From positions 1-40,978 of the forward strand of contig CAJVPI010000226.1 in assembly GCA_910592345.1 (NCBI GenBank): a stretch of DNA of 40,978 bases. The letters are read 5' to 3'. The notes below the pieces were generated by a model. That model did not search any database and was not told where the DNA came from. It saw only the letters and a program-made list of their open reading frames with translations. Source of the stretch: Paraglomus brasilianum. Lineage: Eukaryota. Both the position numbers and the translations under genes were made by a program. This document shows, piece after piece, positions 12,881 through 25,102 of the stretch. Position 1 is the stretch's first letter; every line of letters begins with the position of its first letter.

Positions 12881-15055
12881 TTACCATTCTATTGATGCAT
12901 CTCTAAATTGTTTCTTCCGAGCCACCTTGATAGCCATATAATACGCCCGAGCGTATTGTCTCTCGGCTCCGTTCTTGACATGCCATCCTAGTCTCATTGC
13001 GTTCTTGATTAGACTTCGAACAAATGATTCATGTGCATTGCGATTCTTCTTTAATTTCCGATTATCTTGTATTGCGGTCTTTAACGCTTTCACCATTCCA
13101 TCCGTAGCCGCTTCGACGTCTTCACCCGATAGATTAAACACATACGAATTATAGCTGGTGTTATTGGATGGTGATCTCGTCTTATCGACCAAAAATTCCT
13201 TCATTCCGCCAACTCCGCTCGTGACTACAGGACATCCGAATAACAACCCTTCGACTGCCACCAAGCCAAAGCTCTCAGTTAGACTAGGAACAAATACAAT
13301 ATCGGCAGCCGCCCTGTATATCGTGCCGTAAGCGCTCTGCTGTTCGTTGTCATCTATTACCGTTACGTGATCGGGGTGCTTTAGTTTGATTGCCGTTAAA
13401 ATATTTCGAGAATATCCGCTATTCTGACCCATTATTATAAGTTTTGCATTCAATTTACTTATTATGTCAGCTGCCGCTGGGAAGAATTCTATTCCTTTGT
13501 TATTTTGGAACCTGCCTACAAATAATACTATTGGCCTATTCAGATCAGCACCGCTGAGGAGATTATGTTTGATTAAAAACTTTTTTGCGGCCTTCTTTGC
13601 TGTTATTATGCGTTGATTATTAGGGATATCTTCAATACTTTTTGCCGTAATTATATTTTTAGGATAAATGGTTTTACTAGTAAACAATGTGCGATCAGCG
13701 AATGGGTTAAAATTGCTCAGATCCACACCATTTGTGATGCCAACGAAATAACCGTCGCGAGCTTTCGCTCGAATGCTTGGCATTACCAGCTCTTTGTAAC
13801 GGAAATCTAGCTGTCCTTCTACTAACTGCTTGGCCATATGACGCGATACAAAAGTGGAAACGTGAGAATTGTCTATACCCAATGCGGAAGGATATACTCG
13901 ATAGCCATACAAATATTTATCAACCAGGCGTTCAGTGACATCCTCAGTATCCATGAATCGGTTTATATTCTTCAGCTCGTTTGAATATTCCAACTCGTCC
14001 AAATAATCGTGCAATGTATATACGATTGTTGGTGCACCACGACTAAACCCACCATTCTTCTCTATGATATTCATGAATTCTATAGTCAACGCGTTGGTTG
14101 CTCCATGTACGTGAACCAAATCAACCGCATGATCCCCTGCTTCAGCGTTCTGAAAGAGCGGAGTATCCGAGGTCGCAGACTGGTACGCAATAAAGTCGGC
14201 TGCTGCCTTGCAGAAATAAAGATCTTTCCATTCTTGCGGCAATCCTGGAGGACTAGCGTAAATGTCTGTTATTTTATCGACTTGAAATGCTCGATCGAAT
14301 GGATATGTTGTCGATGGACCGATTAGATAAACCGTAAGCATTTGTCTTGCTGTAGGCTGTTTTGGGAACGATATCTTGGTACCGGTTACGTTTAATTGTA
14401 GTCTATGGACAGTATAGGGAATAGGGATCGATTGCCCGTGCCAGCCTTTATATGTTATTTCGCCGTTCGACCATTGTTCCAGACGTTTCTTGTATTTCAA
14501 GTTTAGATATAGGTAATGCGGCATCACGATGTTAACCTTGAGACCAGCATTGGCTTGAGCATGCGATAAGCCAGTTACTATTTGACCAAGACCGCCCATG
14601 GCAGCAGCGTCGTATTCTTTAGTTACGTGATATATTGAAACGCCTTCCAATTTGTTTGATGGGATGCGTTGGTTCAGGCCGCGATACTTTAATGGCTCGT
14701 AATGTTGCATCACTTGGTGTGTTTTATAATTGGAAAAGGGCAAAAACATGGAGATTAGCGAATATATGAGAAGAAAATATAATCAAAAAGTATATCTCAT
14801 ATACTCTTAGGAATTCGCGCCAATCACCATTAGATTAAACTTACCTAGCTTTACTGGAAGCTCTTCCATCCACAATATACTTAGAGTCACAAATACCATT
14901 AACGCTTCTATTATTAGGAACGTAACAAACAGTCCTCCCAACGAAGTAAATAGCCCGCATCTCCTCTTATCAAATATGGTATATAACAGAATACATTTGA
15001 AACTTTTTCGTATAGGACTAAATGTACGCAAAACTGATCTGTTCTTTGAACCCAT
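12881..15055 (-). CDS. GT-B glycosyltransferase resembling GT5 glycogen/starch synthases, with an N-terminal transmembrane helix (exons 15055-14845 and 14712-12881; an alternative start at 15166 is possible)
   Basis: HVTKEY..AMGGLGQIV, IVMPHY, YTLHD, TFVS, GITNGVD, FVGRFQNNKG, VPSLTESFGLVAVEG, GGMKE. The upstream exon encodes LGGLFVTFLIIEALMVFVTLSILW and joins in frame via a GTAAGT..AAG intron. Confidence 0.8.
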
Positions 15056-17494
15056 GAATAGAAATGTTTTAGTTGGTTGCAACACTTTTGGTTGAAACCA
15101 TTCAATGCCTACGGCAGTCGAGTCATCCGAAGATTGGATGACCACTCTGAGTGACCTTGAACGCATAATATATAACAGCGTGCAGGGGGCGTAGCAACGA
15201 GCAAAATCTAGTTTGAGTTCCCAACCAATGAAAAGTTGCGCGGACCAAAATGTTGCTCAGTTCCATGTTTCGGAGAGAGAAACCCTCTTTTTTACAATAA
15301 GCTATTAATAGATTAATTTATAATTGAAAGATCAACAAAGTTCTTCCATTCTATTCGACTTATTAGTACTAAACTAGGGACTGAGCATGGGCATCTTTAT
15401 ATTTAGCACAATTATGCATAGCTCGACTATAAAGTCGTTGCCTCTATGCAAATCAGGATTCACTGTTGTGGAGCAGTTCATCGCCTGTACAGCCCAAATG
15501 CTTTTAAGTAAACAGGAACGTTCCCAACAGCCATGCTAATAGCTACGATCATAACGAGTCATGCCTAGCACAAGACCTACCCTATTATTACGATTGTTTT
15601 ATAATTACTGCACACAACACACATGGTATTTAAAATTTACACGAGACTCCAGATTATTGGATTCTCGAATAGTTATAATTAGCAAACCCGAGTGTGACGA
15701 CATATCTAATATGCGTATTAGTATAGCAAACATACTATATGCTTATTATATTCAAACTCTAAGTGATAAATAGAACTTAACCAAAAATATGACATAAGTT
15801 AGAGCATCGATCAAGATCAAGCAAAGCAGAACAGGGGGGTGTTTTTCATTTGCAAGTTTATATTCATTTACTTACTAAGAAGCCAGTTATTCGCTGACTA
15901 ATGCATTGGTTTTCTTCGAGATGGCTTCAAAGCTTTAAAATAATCAATGATAATTGTACTTACCGAATAATTAGATTCTATATTTGGGTAAGCGAGTTTT
16001 CATACATAATTGTGCGCTTTTATAAATATGACTAATTCAAAGATAAACAATTAAGATGACAAACATTTATCTTTGCAACGCTGAGAATATTCTCAAATGA
16101 CATAAACTCAAAGTCATGCAAAAACTCCCCGCTTATTATTACAATCAGGGAAACGGTCAAAGTTTATTGATTATATATAATATAATAAATATCACTTCGA
16201 CAACTGTAAAACGAGGAAAGCCCGTCGCGGATCAATATCTATACTACGTATATAATACCATCCGTCAGTGCCAGAGAAGTAAGTTTTTTATCTACAGTTT
16301 TTGAAGTTGTTTAATGGCAGTCAATATAGGAGGTTTACTGTAATTGGCACCTACAACGCTATTTATTTACGCGCGGATCTTGCTGCTAATGGAATGTAAC
16401 ACAACAGCATCTAAGCCACAAACATCAAACTCCGATGTAACTTAGCAAAAACATGTCTTGAAATAGTTGCTCGACCTGTTCGAGGCAGACTTCAATAATT
16501 AACTAGTGAGCTGACCAGCGTCTGATCGCATGCATGCACAAAACGGTCAGCCAAACTTATTCTATGCTACGGAGCTGTGGTTCACTCGCCATTATATTAC
16601 ACTGCGTAGGTGAGGCTCTAAAAAAATGTGGGATACTGTCGAAGTGGCCATTAATACAAAAACACAAAAGAAAAGAAGAATCCTTACCACGCTACATTAC
16701 GCGAAAAGGATCGCAATTGCCATAGCGCTGTTGCTTTCACGACTGGAAGTAGAATTCGAACAATTTAGATATTCCCTTGTCAATGCAAGGAAGGCAGGGA
16801 CATGAACAATTACAATGTAATCTTGGCTTTGCTATGCAACCATATTATTAACAATCTCTCATTGGGAGTTTTCACACAAATGATTGTGCTTTCAATTTCT
16901 AATAAAAATTAAGCAAATCAAACAATACTGAAAGATAGAGATTACCAGACTGAATAATAGTCTGAACTAAAGGCTACGCTTACAAAGACGGGAAACTATA
17001 TTTTTACCGTGTTGGGCACACCAATCTGTGCATCGGTGGCATCATTACTCTTTCGTCTGATGAGACATTGTCACAGATATAGCAATTTGCGACTGATCTA
17101 TATCTCTCTTTCTTTCTATAATATCTTTATTATCTGACATAGGATATTGTCTCTTGATACAATAGCTAGATTCAGAAGCACACTAGTTGTATTTGTTTTT
17201 ATTTTGAAATTTGACCTGATTTCACCAAGATGTTAACAATATATAACCTAAATAAACGAATTATATAATATCGAAAATGTGTCAACGATACTGACCGAAT
17301 TATTCTGATCGCTACCAAACACTGGACACAATTTCTTTCAAAAACTGATATACAGCATGTTGTTTGATAAATAGGCAATTCAGTATGAGTATACCGAACT
17401 CTGGTGCATGGATCTTACGATCCGATTTATTTATGCTTAATAAATTATGTTAATCTGTTCATGCATGTACAACATTCTGCACGTTTTTGCTTGA

Positions 17495-18703
17495 TTATGC
17501 AATGTCGAAAATAGCAGAAACGATGGCAAAGAAGAACAAACCGCCAAACAAATAATACGTAACATAGCGATTATTGGGATCGTAATGTCTAGCCAAAGGT
17601 ATCATACTATGCAAAACAATATACAACAACGAGCCTGTCACAATAGCAAACATGGTTGCGCTAACGGCTTCATTCCAATAAGTGACGAAAAGAACGTAAC
17701 CAAGAATCGCACCAAGGAATTGGGAAATAACTCCAACTGACGCTGCAATCAAAAAGGCTTTCCATCGAGATCCGGTTGCAAAGTAAATTGGCAGAGCAAT
17801 TATTAGGCCTTCGGGGAGTTTGCTAGAACAAAGATATGAATAAATCAAGATCATTCCTGAATATATTTACATATATGTAATATATGATCGATGGCTTACT
17901 GTAGAGCAAGGGCAATAGCAAATATAACGCCAATTTTCGCCGATGCAATGGTAGTCGTAAAGGAGGCAAGTCCTTCCGGGAAATTACTATTCGGCAACCA
18001 TAAAATATTGAAGACATTAAAACTTGTTTTGATCTGTACCTCACCCGCATTCGTTTTTTATAAATTGAACAACGCATACTTACTGAAGAGCCAAAGCAGC
18101 AGCAACCTGAAGGCCTACTTTCAACATCTTGTGATGATCAATATTTTCGACTATCTTTTCGTCTGCCTTTTCAATATCGCTTTTATATTCTTCATTTGCA
18201 TCGGGAACTCGTCTACGCTTATACTTGCGAAAAAGAGCTTTGCCGATAAAGATACAAAGAACAGTTCCAATATAAACGGCAGCAGCAACGAAACTGCCAA
18301 ACTTTTTGTTAAATTTCCCAGAATTTTGATATCCGCTGATGGCTTCCGGATACAGATCGGTAAGTACTAAAGCTAACAAAACACCACTAGCGAATGCGAA
18401 TGATCCGGCAAGGAAGCCTTTACTCTTAGTAATACGGAAATCAGCCATAAAAGGAAGGAGTGGAAACAATGAATCAAGGAACGGAGTGAGCGACCCAAGA
18501 GCGGAGGCCGCTGCAGCCAAAGCGGTGAGACCGAATCCGAGACGAATGTTTCCCTCTGCCAATGTGCCATGTTTCTCACTAGGAAAGACAGAGGGTACGT
18601 TTTGGGTATTACCGGTATCGCCGTCATTTATTGCACCATGAGCTTCAGATAAAGCGACAAGGAGACTCAAAAGAAGAGTCAATCTTAAAAGAGAACCAAA
18701 CAT
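17495..18703 (-). CDS. ZIP family metal transporter, ZupT/GufA-like (3 exons, N-terminal signal peptide)
   Basis: GSFAFASGVLL, ALALH/NFPEGLA (TM4), IALALH/KLPEGLIIALPIYFATGSRWKAF (TM5), and multiple further TM segments. Confidence 0.9.
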
Positions 18704-20419
18704 AGTTTCGTGCGATTTGGAACGAATAGTTCAAGCGGTGAAGATGTAAGCGTCCACACTAAGTATCCTTTATTTTGACAACCGAGGGTTGAGACATAAA
18801 TTGTTGAAGATAATCAAAAAACGGAATCTTCTCTATATACGGTCTCCTGAGTGTTACGTTGTACTTTGTAGAAATCATTTTGCCGGATGTTTGCCTAACA
18901 TCGCACGAACTAGTAAATGATATTTTAATTTGTATCATTGTGAAATTCATTTTTTTGATTATGTGGACATTGAAGCCATACTATAATAATAACAACATTA
19001 GGCCGCCTGTTTCTTGCATCTAGCGACATGTATACCGGACTGTTATTCAAGGATTGGTTTATCATCGCATTCAAAACCACAGCTCATGTTCTGCATATTT
19101 TTGCTTACATGTATTACAGAAATAAAGTTATGATTAAGTTACGTCGATCTTTGCATTGGCCTACCTGCATGTTGAAATATGATATATGAAAGGAACTACA
19201 ACATATCTGCCTGCTCAATGGCCTTTGCGGGGTGCATTTTTTGGTGGTTCAGTTTGCAGTCAGACGTCAGAATATAATAATAAAGTCTAGAGCAAACGTT
19301 CAAAGTCATCAAATTTACGATGCATTTACCTCACGTGAACTCAGATGTTTCAAGAATACGTATTTTGTTCTACTGATCGAACCAGTAATCGTGTTACATT
19401 GATTACATATTCTATATTAATATTAATATTAATATGGCTTATCACTTTAAAATTCAATCAGTTACCTGAAGATTATGAACAAGCTTTCCCTGCCTTGAAA
19501 TCCACTCCTGGTGTCCAAACACACATATAACGTCTCACGTTAGGTGTATAAAGTATGTACAATACAAGTCGTATATCAACAAACCTCATGTTACCGTATA
19601 TAAATACAATTATTAGGCAAGACATTATTCAAAGCGAGTAATTTTTCTTTAACTACATGTTTAAACTAATATTAATTAATATGCCAGTATTTGATGATCG
19701 GGCGTTTTACTGAGCCAGCTAAATAAGGCAACTCAATTTGGAATACAAACATGCGCCTGTATGAAGACCGTTTCAGGCAAGTTGATTTTTTCACTGCCAT
19801 GTGACATTTCTGATAACAATGGAATACCATTTATCAAACAAATTATCTTACCTGTTGCCGTATGTGATTATCTTTTATTTATACTCACTTATTAAACTTT
19901 TATCCCTGTTCCATTTAAATTACAATATGCTTATATTAATATGTATGCCAAGCCTTAGATAAAAAAAATTGATATACAGAATGAACCTAAATTAGTGCTG
20001 ATGGATGGGCGGTGATGTGATCTGCGGTAGTTCTATTATCCATGACAACATGCTAAATAATGACCACATATATGTTGGTGTATCAATTTGTATTGGCGTT
20101 AAGCAAATTCCATAAAGTTTAATCAAAAACACTGCGACCTTTGAAAAGATAATGCAAACTTAATATTAAAACTAATGCACTTTTAACGTTAATCCTGCGA
20201 ATTGGTACCTCGTTGTACCGATACCCGTTGTACAGATACATTGCACTGGCCGATATTCGTGTAAACACTTGCTAAATTTGGAAGAGTCAAACATTCTAAT
20301 TTCTAATTGGTTGATCTTTCCATAATTATCCTGGTGTGAACATTGAACCGCAGAATGCTTAATGCAAAAACTCATGAAAGTGAGCCTTTAATGAAGGGAC
20401 AAAGAAGAAAAAGATCTGT

Positions 20420-20605
20420 GCTCCGATACAAGTGGTTGGCCACTAATGATGTTGAATTTTTATAAAAAGAAAAAGAGAACGTAAACGCAATACCCTGAGA
20501 TTGAAGAGGCGTTGACAACATAGTTTAGCATACTTGTTAAACTTCGGAGCGTGAGAAGTCATTTGTTGGCTCACTCTATTGCGAAAAAAAGCAAGCAGTT
20601 TTATT
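20420..20605 (+). mobile_element. Decayed pogo/Tigger-type transposase fragment (CENP-B-type HTH)
   Basis: Reads KWL..KKKRT*TQYPEIEEALTT*F (20461-20526), then in another frame LLRKKASSF. This matches the YPExEEALxxWF..LxxKAxxF pattern. Stops and frameshifts are present. Confidence 0.55.
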
Positions 20606-21336
20606 CGTAATTGTTGGTTTATCTGCGTAAACAGTAAAGCTTGATTTAACACTCCGATGAATCGATATTTTGCGTATCACTCAGATATAAAGAAAAGCCC
20701 GATCTACCGATACTCCAGCTTCACCAACTTTTTGGCGGAACAAAATATCAGTCTAACGAGGGTTGACTGTATTAAGCTCTAACTGTTGTATATACAAAAT
20801 CTCAGTCGTAACTAAAATGGAGAATAGTCCATCCTTCAAAATTTGACATCATTACAAAAGCCGACGCATTTGTATGAAGGCTTCTAATTTAATATACAAG
20901 GTTCCCATTATTTAAAATTCACACCCAATAAGTTATTACCAATGATTCCACGAGAAACAAATACCAATAAACGACCATATTTATATTTCTCCAATTCGAC
21001 AATGTCCAACATACCTGATAAGCTGTTTCTTGTACGATATAATGTAAATGCCGCCTGGCTTGCATGCAATCAGAATTTGACCATACCACAGACCAACAAC
21101 TTGTGCAAATGTTTTACTTTAAAGTTAAGCGGAACGAAATTACTCAGTGGATACTAAAGTAATAATAACTGAAATTAGTACAACAATATTCAAAATAAAG
21201 GATGAATAGGAAAATGAGATAATTACAAGAAGAGCACTTGAAGTTGTCATTTCCTTTTACTACTAAGTATAACTTAATTATTGCTTAAACAACTATCAGT
21301 CGATAGTCCATTGTTGGATAAATAAGTAATCACATA

Positions 21337-21513
21337 CGAGCGGCTCTCGATATAAGAAAGTGTCCGGGCCCAACAAATTCCTTTTTTTATATTGAAATTT
21401 CTTATAACAAGTTATCTGTTACGTACCATATAAGATTTTAAATTGTCCTGCAAAGGTCTTTCTTATAGACCATATTTCCTATATCGAAAGGTTCTTATAT
21501 TGAGAGCTGCTTG
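21337..21513. mobile_element. MITE, 177 bp, 22-bp TIRs, TA target-site duplication
   Basis: TA|CGAGCGGCTCTCGATATAAGAA ... TTCTTATATTGAGAGCTGCTTG|TA, with internal repeats of TATAAGAA/TTCTTATA. A second copy lies at 38649-38780. Confidence 0.85.
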
Positions 21514-22146
21514 TAATATGAGGGAAAATTTTCTCTAATGAGATTTAAATCCGGCTTTTTAGCTTGTCTGCAAAGATTTGTTTTGGATCTGAAAATGGTA
21601 ATGATAACGAAATAGTGAATATTAGCACAGAGGGAAAAAATCAATGCTAACGATTACAAAAATTAATGCTTATTTATATAATTTCAAAATTATGCTGATG
21701 CCATATTCATCCTCTCGTCTTGTGTTTGAACAGATCAAACTGAAAAGTGAAAAAAAAGACACTTGAGAAAGAGAATAAGCTATCGATACTCGACTTTTAT
21801 AAAGTCAATGCCGAAAAAACCGCCATGCTAGCTTGATTTTACTAGTTTGGGGTATTATAAGCAGATTGCAGTTCATAAACCTTTCGCTTTGAATGAGAAG
21901 CGTTTTTATAACAGTAATTTATAGGATCTTTATTGGCAACTACGTAAAAACGCTATAGACAGCTAGAACAGTAATTCATAGGATTGACTTCGTCAAAAAT
22001 ATGGATATCGTACCCACCATTCGTTGTTATCTGTGTGACATACATGAAACGGTGTACGGCATGCATGAAACGATCTACAAAAAAAAAATATTAAGCCGTA
22101 TAATATTTCAGATATCGATACGATATTGAATGAAACATCAACCAAT

Positions 22147-25102
22147 ATGGATAAGACTTTTCTAGATAAAATAACTGAAGATAGAATGGTCAAGTGCTAC
22201 TCAGAAAGTGAATTCTTAAACCGTAAGGTTGTCGGCCGTGGTGGGTTCGGAGTTGTGTACAAGGCAAAGTTGAAACATACTGGCGTAACTGTTGCAATGA
22301 AGATGTTATTGCTGGAAGCGTATAACGATGAGCAAGAATTGTACAAGAAATTTGTCAATGAGGTTTGTGTTTACTACTGTTGTTGCCTGTCATACCAATA
22401 ACATGTGCCTGATAATAGATTTATCTCAGCTGAAAGCTCACAAGGAGGTGGATGACCATCCAAACGTTATCCGATTTTTGGGTTTATGCAAAGGTCAGTA
22501 TATTATTACAAGGAATGTAATTTAAATTGTAAATTCGATGACTTATTCTGCTAAATACGGGTAGATTCAGATCAACAATATCACATGGTTTTTGAATTTG
22601 CTGATGGTGGAAGTCTGTCAGCATACTTAGTAAAGCATTTTAAGGATTTAACATGGAAAGAGAAATACAACTTGGGTCTGGACATTACAAATGGGTTGAA
22701 GTACTTGCATGTGCTTGATATTGTTCATAAGGATATGGTATGGTGTTATCTATTAATATTTAATTAAAATTATTATGTTGTAGTAATGCTTGATTTTATT
22801 TGTTGTATAGTCTTCAGCAAATATTCTTATTCAAGGAGGTGTTGCAAAAATTACTGATTTTGGTCTGTCCAGTATGCTAAAGCAAGTTACTTCTACATCA
22901 AAAGGTGAAGGTAGCACAGCATATATTGATCCAGCTACTTTTGAAAATAACTATAAACGAGGAAAAAAATCAGACATCTTTAGTCTTGGAGTAATATTAT
23001 GGGAAATTTCTAGTGGTAAGCGGCCATGTGAAGGACGTGTTCAAAGTGTTGAAATTATTTTATATAGATTAAAAGGCTTGAGAGACCCTCCTTCTGCAGA
23101 AACACCAGAAAAGTACATTGAACTATATTCAAAATGCTGGGATGATGATCCAAACAAAAGACCATCATGTGAAGAAGTATATATACAATTAAAGTGTTTG
23201 TATAATAAACAATTTGGTATAATATTGAGCTTGCAAAGAGGTCAACTTGGAGATACAAAAGTAATTGCTTTAGCAAAAGCTTTAGAATCAACCTCCTTAA
23301 GCCAACTAGACAAAACATTAAAAGAGATTGGGTATGCCCATTTAGCAAATACTCTGGAGTTGAATTCTTTTGTGACTTCTTTGAATTTTCAATACAATAA
23401 TATTGGAGACACAGGAGCAGGAGCTTTGGCAAAGGCTTTAGAATTAAATTCTTCTCTGACATCTTTGGAATTGGGATACAATCAGATAGGAGGCACAGGA
23501 GCAGCAGCTTTGGCAAAGGCCTTGGAATCAAATTCCTCTCTGACATCTTTGGAATTGGGATACAATCAGATTGGAGGCACAGGAGCAGCAGCTTTGGCAA
23601 AGGCCTTAGAATCAAATTATTCTCTGACTTCCTTGGATCTTAAGGTCAATCAGATTGGAGAAACAGGAGCAGCAGCTCTGGTAAAGGCTTTAGAATCAAA
23701 TTCTTCTCTGACTTTTTTGAATTTTAGTCAAAATGTGATTGGAGACACAGGAGCAGCAGCTTTTGCAAAGGCTTTAGAATTAAATTCTTTTCTGACTTCT
23801 TTGGACCTTAGGATCAATCAGATTGGAGATACAGGAGCAGCAGCTTTGGCAAATGCTTTAGAATTAAATTCTTCTCTGACTTCTTTGGAATTGGGATACA
23901 ATAATATTGGAGACACAGGAGCAGTAGCTTTGGCAAAGGCTTTAGAATCAAATTCTTTTCTGACTTCTTTGGGTCTTGCTCATAATCAAATTGGAGAAAT
24001 AGGAACAGCAGCTTTGGCAAAGGCTTTAGAATCAAATTCTTCTCTGACTTCCCTGGATCTTAAGATCAATCAGATTGGAGACACTGGAGCAGCAGCTTTG
24101 GCAAAGGCCTTAGAATCAAATTATTCTCTGACTTCCTTGGATCTTAAGGTCAATCAGATTGGAGAAACAGGAGCAGCAGCTCTGGTAAAGGCTTTAGAAT
24201 CAAATTCTTCTCTGACTTTTTTGAATTTTAGTCAAAATGTGATTGGAGACACAGGAGCAGCAGCTTTTGCAAAGGCTTTAGAATTAAATTCTTTTCTGAC
24301 TTCTTTGGACCTTAGGATCAATCAGATTGGAGATACAGGAGCAGCAGCTTTGGCAAATGCTTTAGAATTAAATTCTTCTCTGACTTCTTTGGAATTGGGA
24401 TACAATAATATTGGAGACACAGGAGCAGTAGCTTTGGCAAAGGCTTTAGAATCAAATTCCTCTCTGACTTCTCTGGGTCTTGCTCATAATCAAACTGGAG
24501 AAATAGGAACAGCAGCTTTGGCAAAGGCTTTAGAATCAAATTCTTCTCTAACTTCCCTGAATCTTAAGATCAATCAGATTGGAGATGCAGGAGCAACAGC
24601 ATTGGCAAAGGCTCTAAAATCAAATTCTTTTCTGACTTCTTTAGATCTCTATTATAATCAGATTAGAGACACAGGAGCAGCAGCTTTGGCAAAGGCTTTA
24701 GAATCAAATCCTTCTCTGACTTTTTTGAATTTCAGTCAAAATGATATTGGAGACACAGGAGCAGCAGCTTTGGCAAAGACTTTAGAATTAAATTCTTCTC
24801 TGACTTCTTTGGAATTGGGATACAATCAGATTGGAGACACAGGAGCAGTAGCTTTGGCAAAGGCTCTAGAATCAAATTTTTTTCTGACTTCTTTGGATTT
24901 GAGTAAAAATAAGATTGGAGACACAGGAGCAACAGCTTTGGCAAAGGCTCTAGAATCAAATTCTTCTCTGATTTCTTTGGGTCTCCAAAATAATAAAATT
25001 GAAGATACAGGAGCAACAGCTTTGGCAAAGGCTCTGGAATCAAATTCTTCTTTGGATTTGGGTAATAATAAGACTAGCTCTAGAATCAAATTCTTTGTCT
25101 AA
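22147..25102 (+). CDS. TKL-type protein kinase fused to a C-terminal ribonuclease-inhibitor-like LRR array (exons 22147-22362, 22430-22493, 22565-22737, 22811-25102; start uncertain)
   Basis: GRGGFGVVYKA, VAMK, HPNVIRFLG, HKDM/SSANIL, DFG, AYIDP, SDIFSLGVILWEISSG, CWDDDPNKRP. Then 20 full 28-aa repeats, consensus NSSLTSLxLxxNxIGDTGAAALAKALES. All introns are GT-AG and in frame. Confidence 0.92.
23363..25042 (+). repeat. Coding tandem array of 20 x 84 bp, with a 504-bp higher-order duplication
   Basis: Exact 84-bp register from 23363 to 25042. Repeats 4-9 (23615-24118) are nearly identical to repeats 10-15 (24119-24622). Confidence 0.95.

Noticed and set aside
15200..17400. Short ORFs between the glycosyltransferase and ZIP genes
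   Set aside because: No recognisable protein motifs, repeats or RNA signatures by eye.
17891..18641. 159-aa and 100-aa plus-strand ORFs
   Set aside because: Antisense to the ZIP transporter exons, with no recognisable domain.
776..18703. A functional gene cluster among the core genes
   Set aside because: The functions are unrelated (glyoxylate cycle, Ran, proline synthesis, autophagy, metal transport); adjacency is explained by genome compactness.
22720..22737. HKD catalytic loop as a non-RD immune-kinase signature
   Set aside because: Lys keeps the positive charge, whereas classic non-RD kinases have an uncharged residue; not counted as evidence.
23363..25042. CRISPR-like look of constant blocks alternating with short variable blocks
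   Set aside because: The period is exactly 84 bp, in frame within a spliced eukaryotic ORF encoding LRRs; the variable parts recur and there are no cas genes.
23055..25089. Repetitive minus-strand ORFs (MILKPLPKLLL...)
   Set aside because: Antisense shadows of the LRR array.
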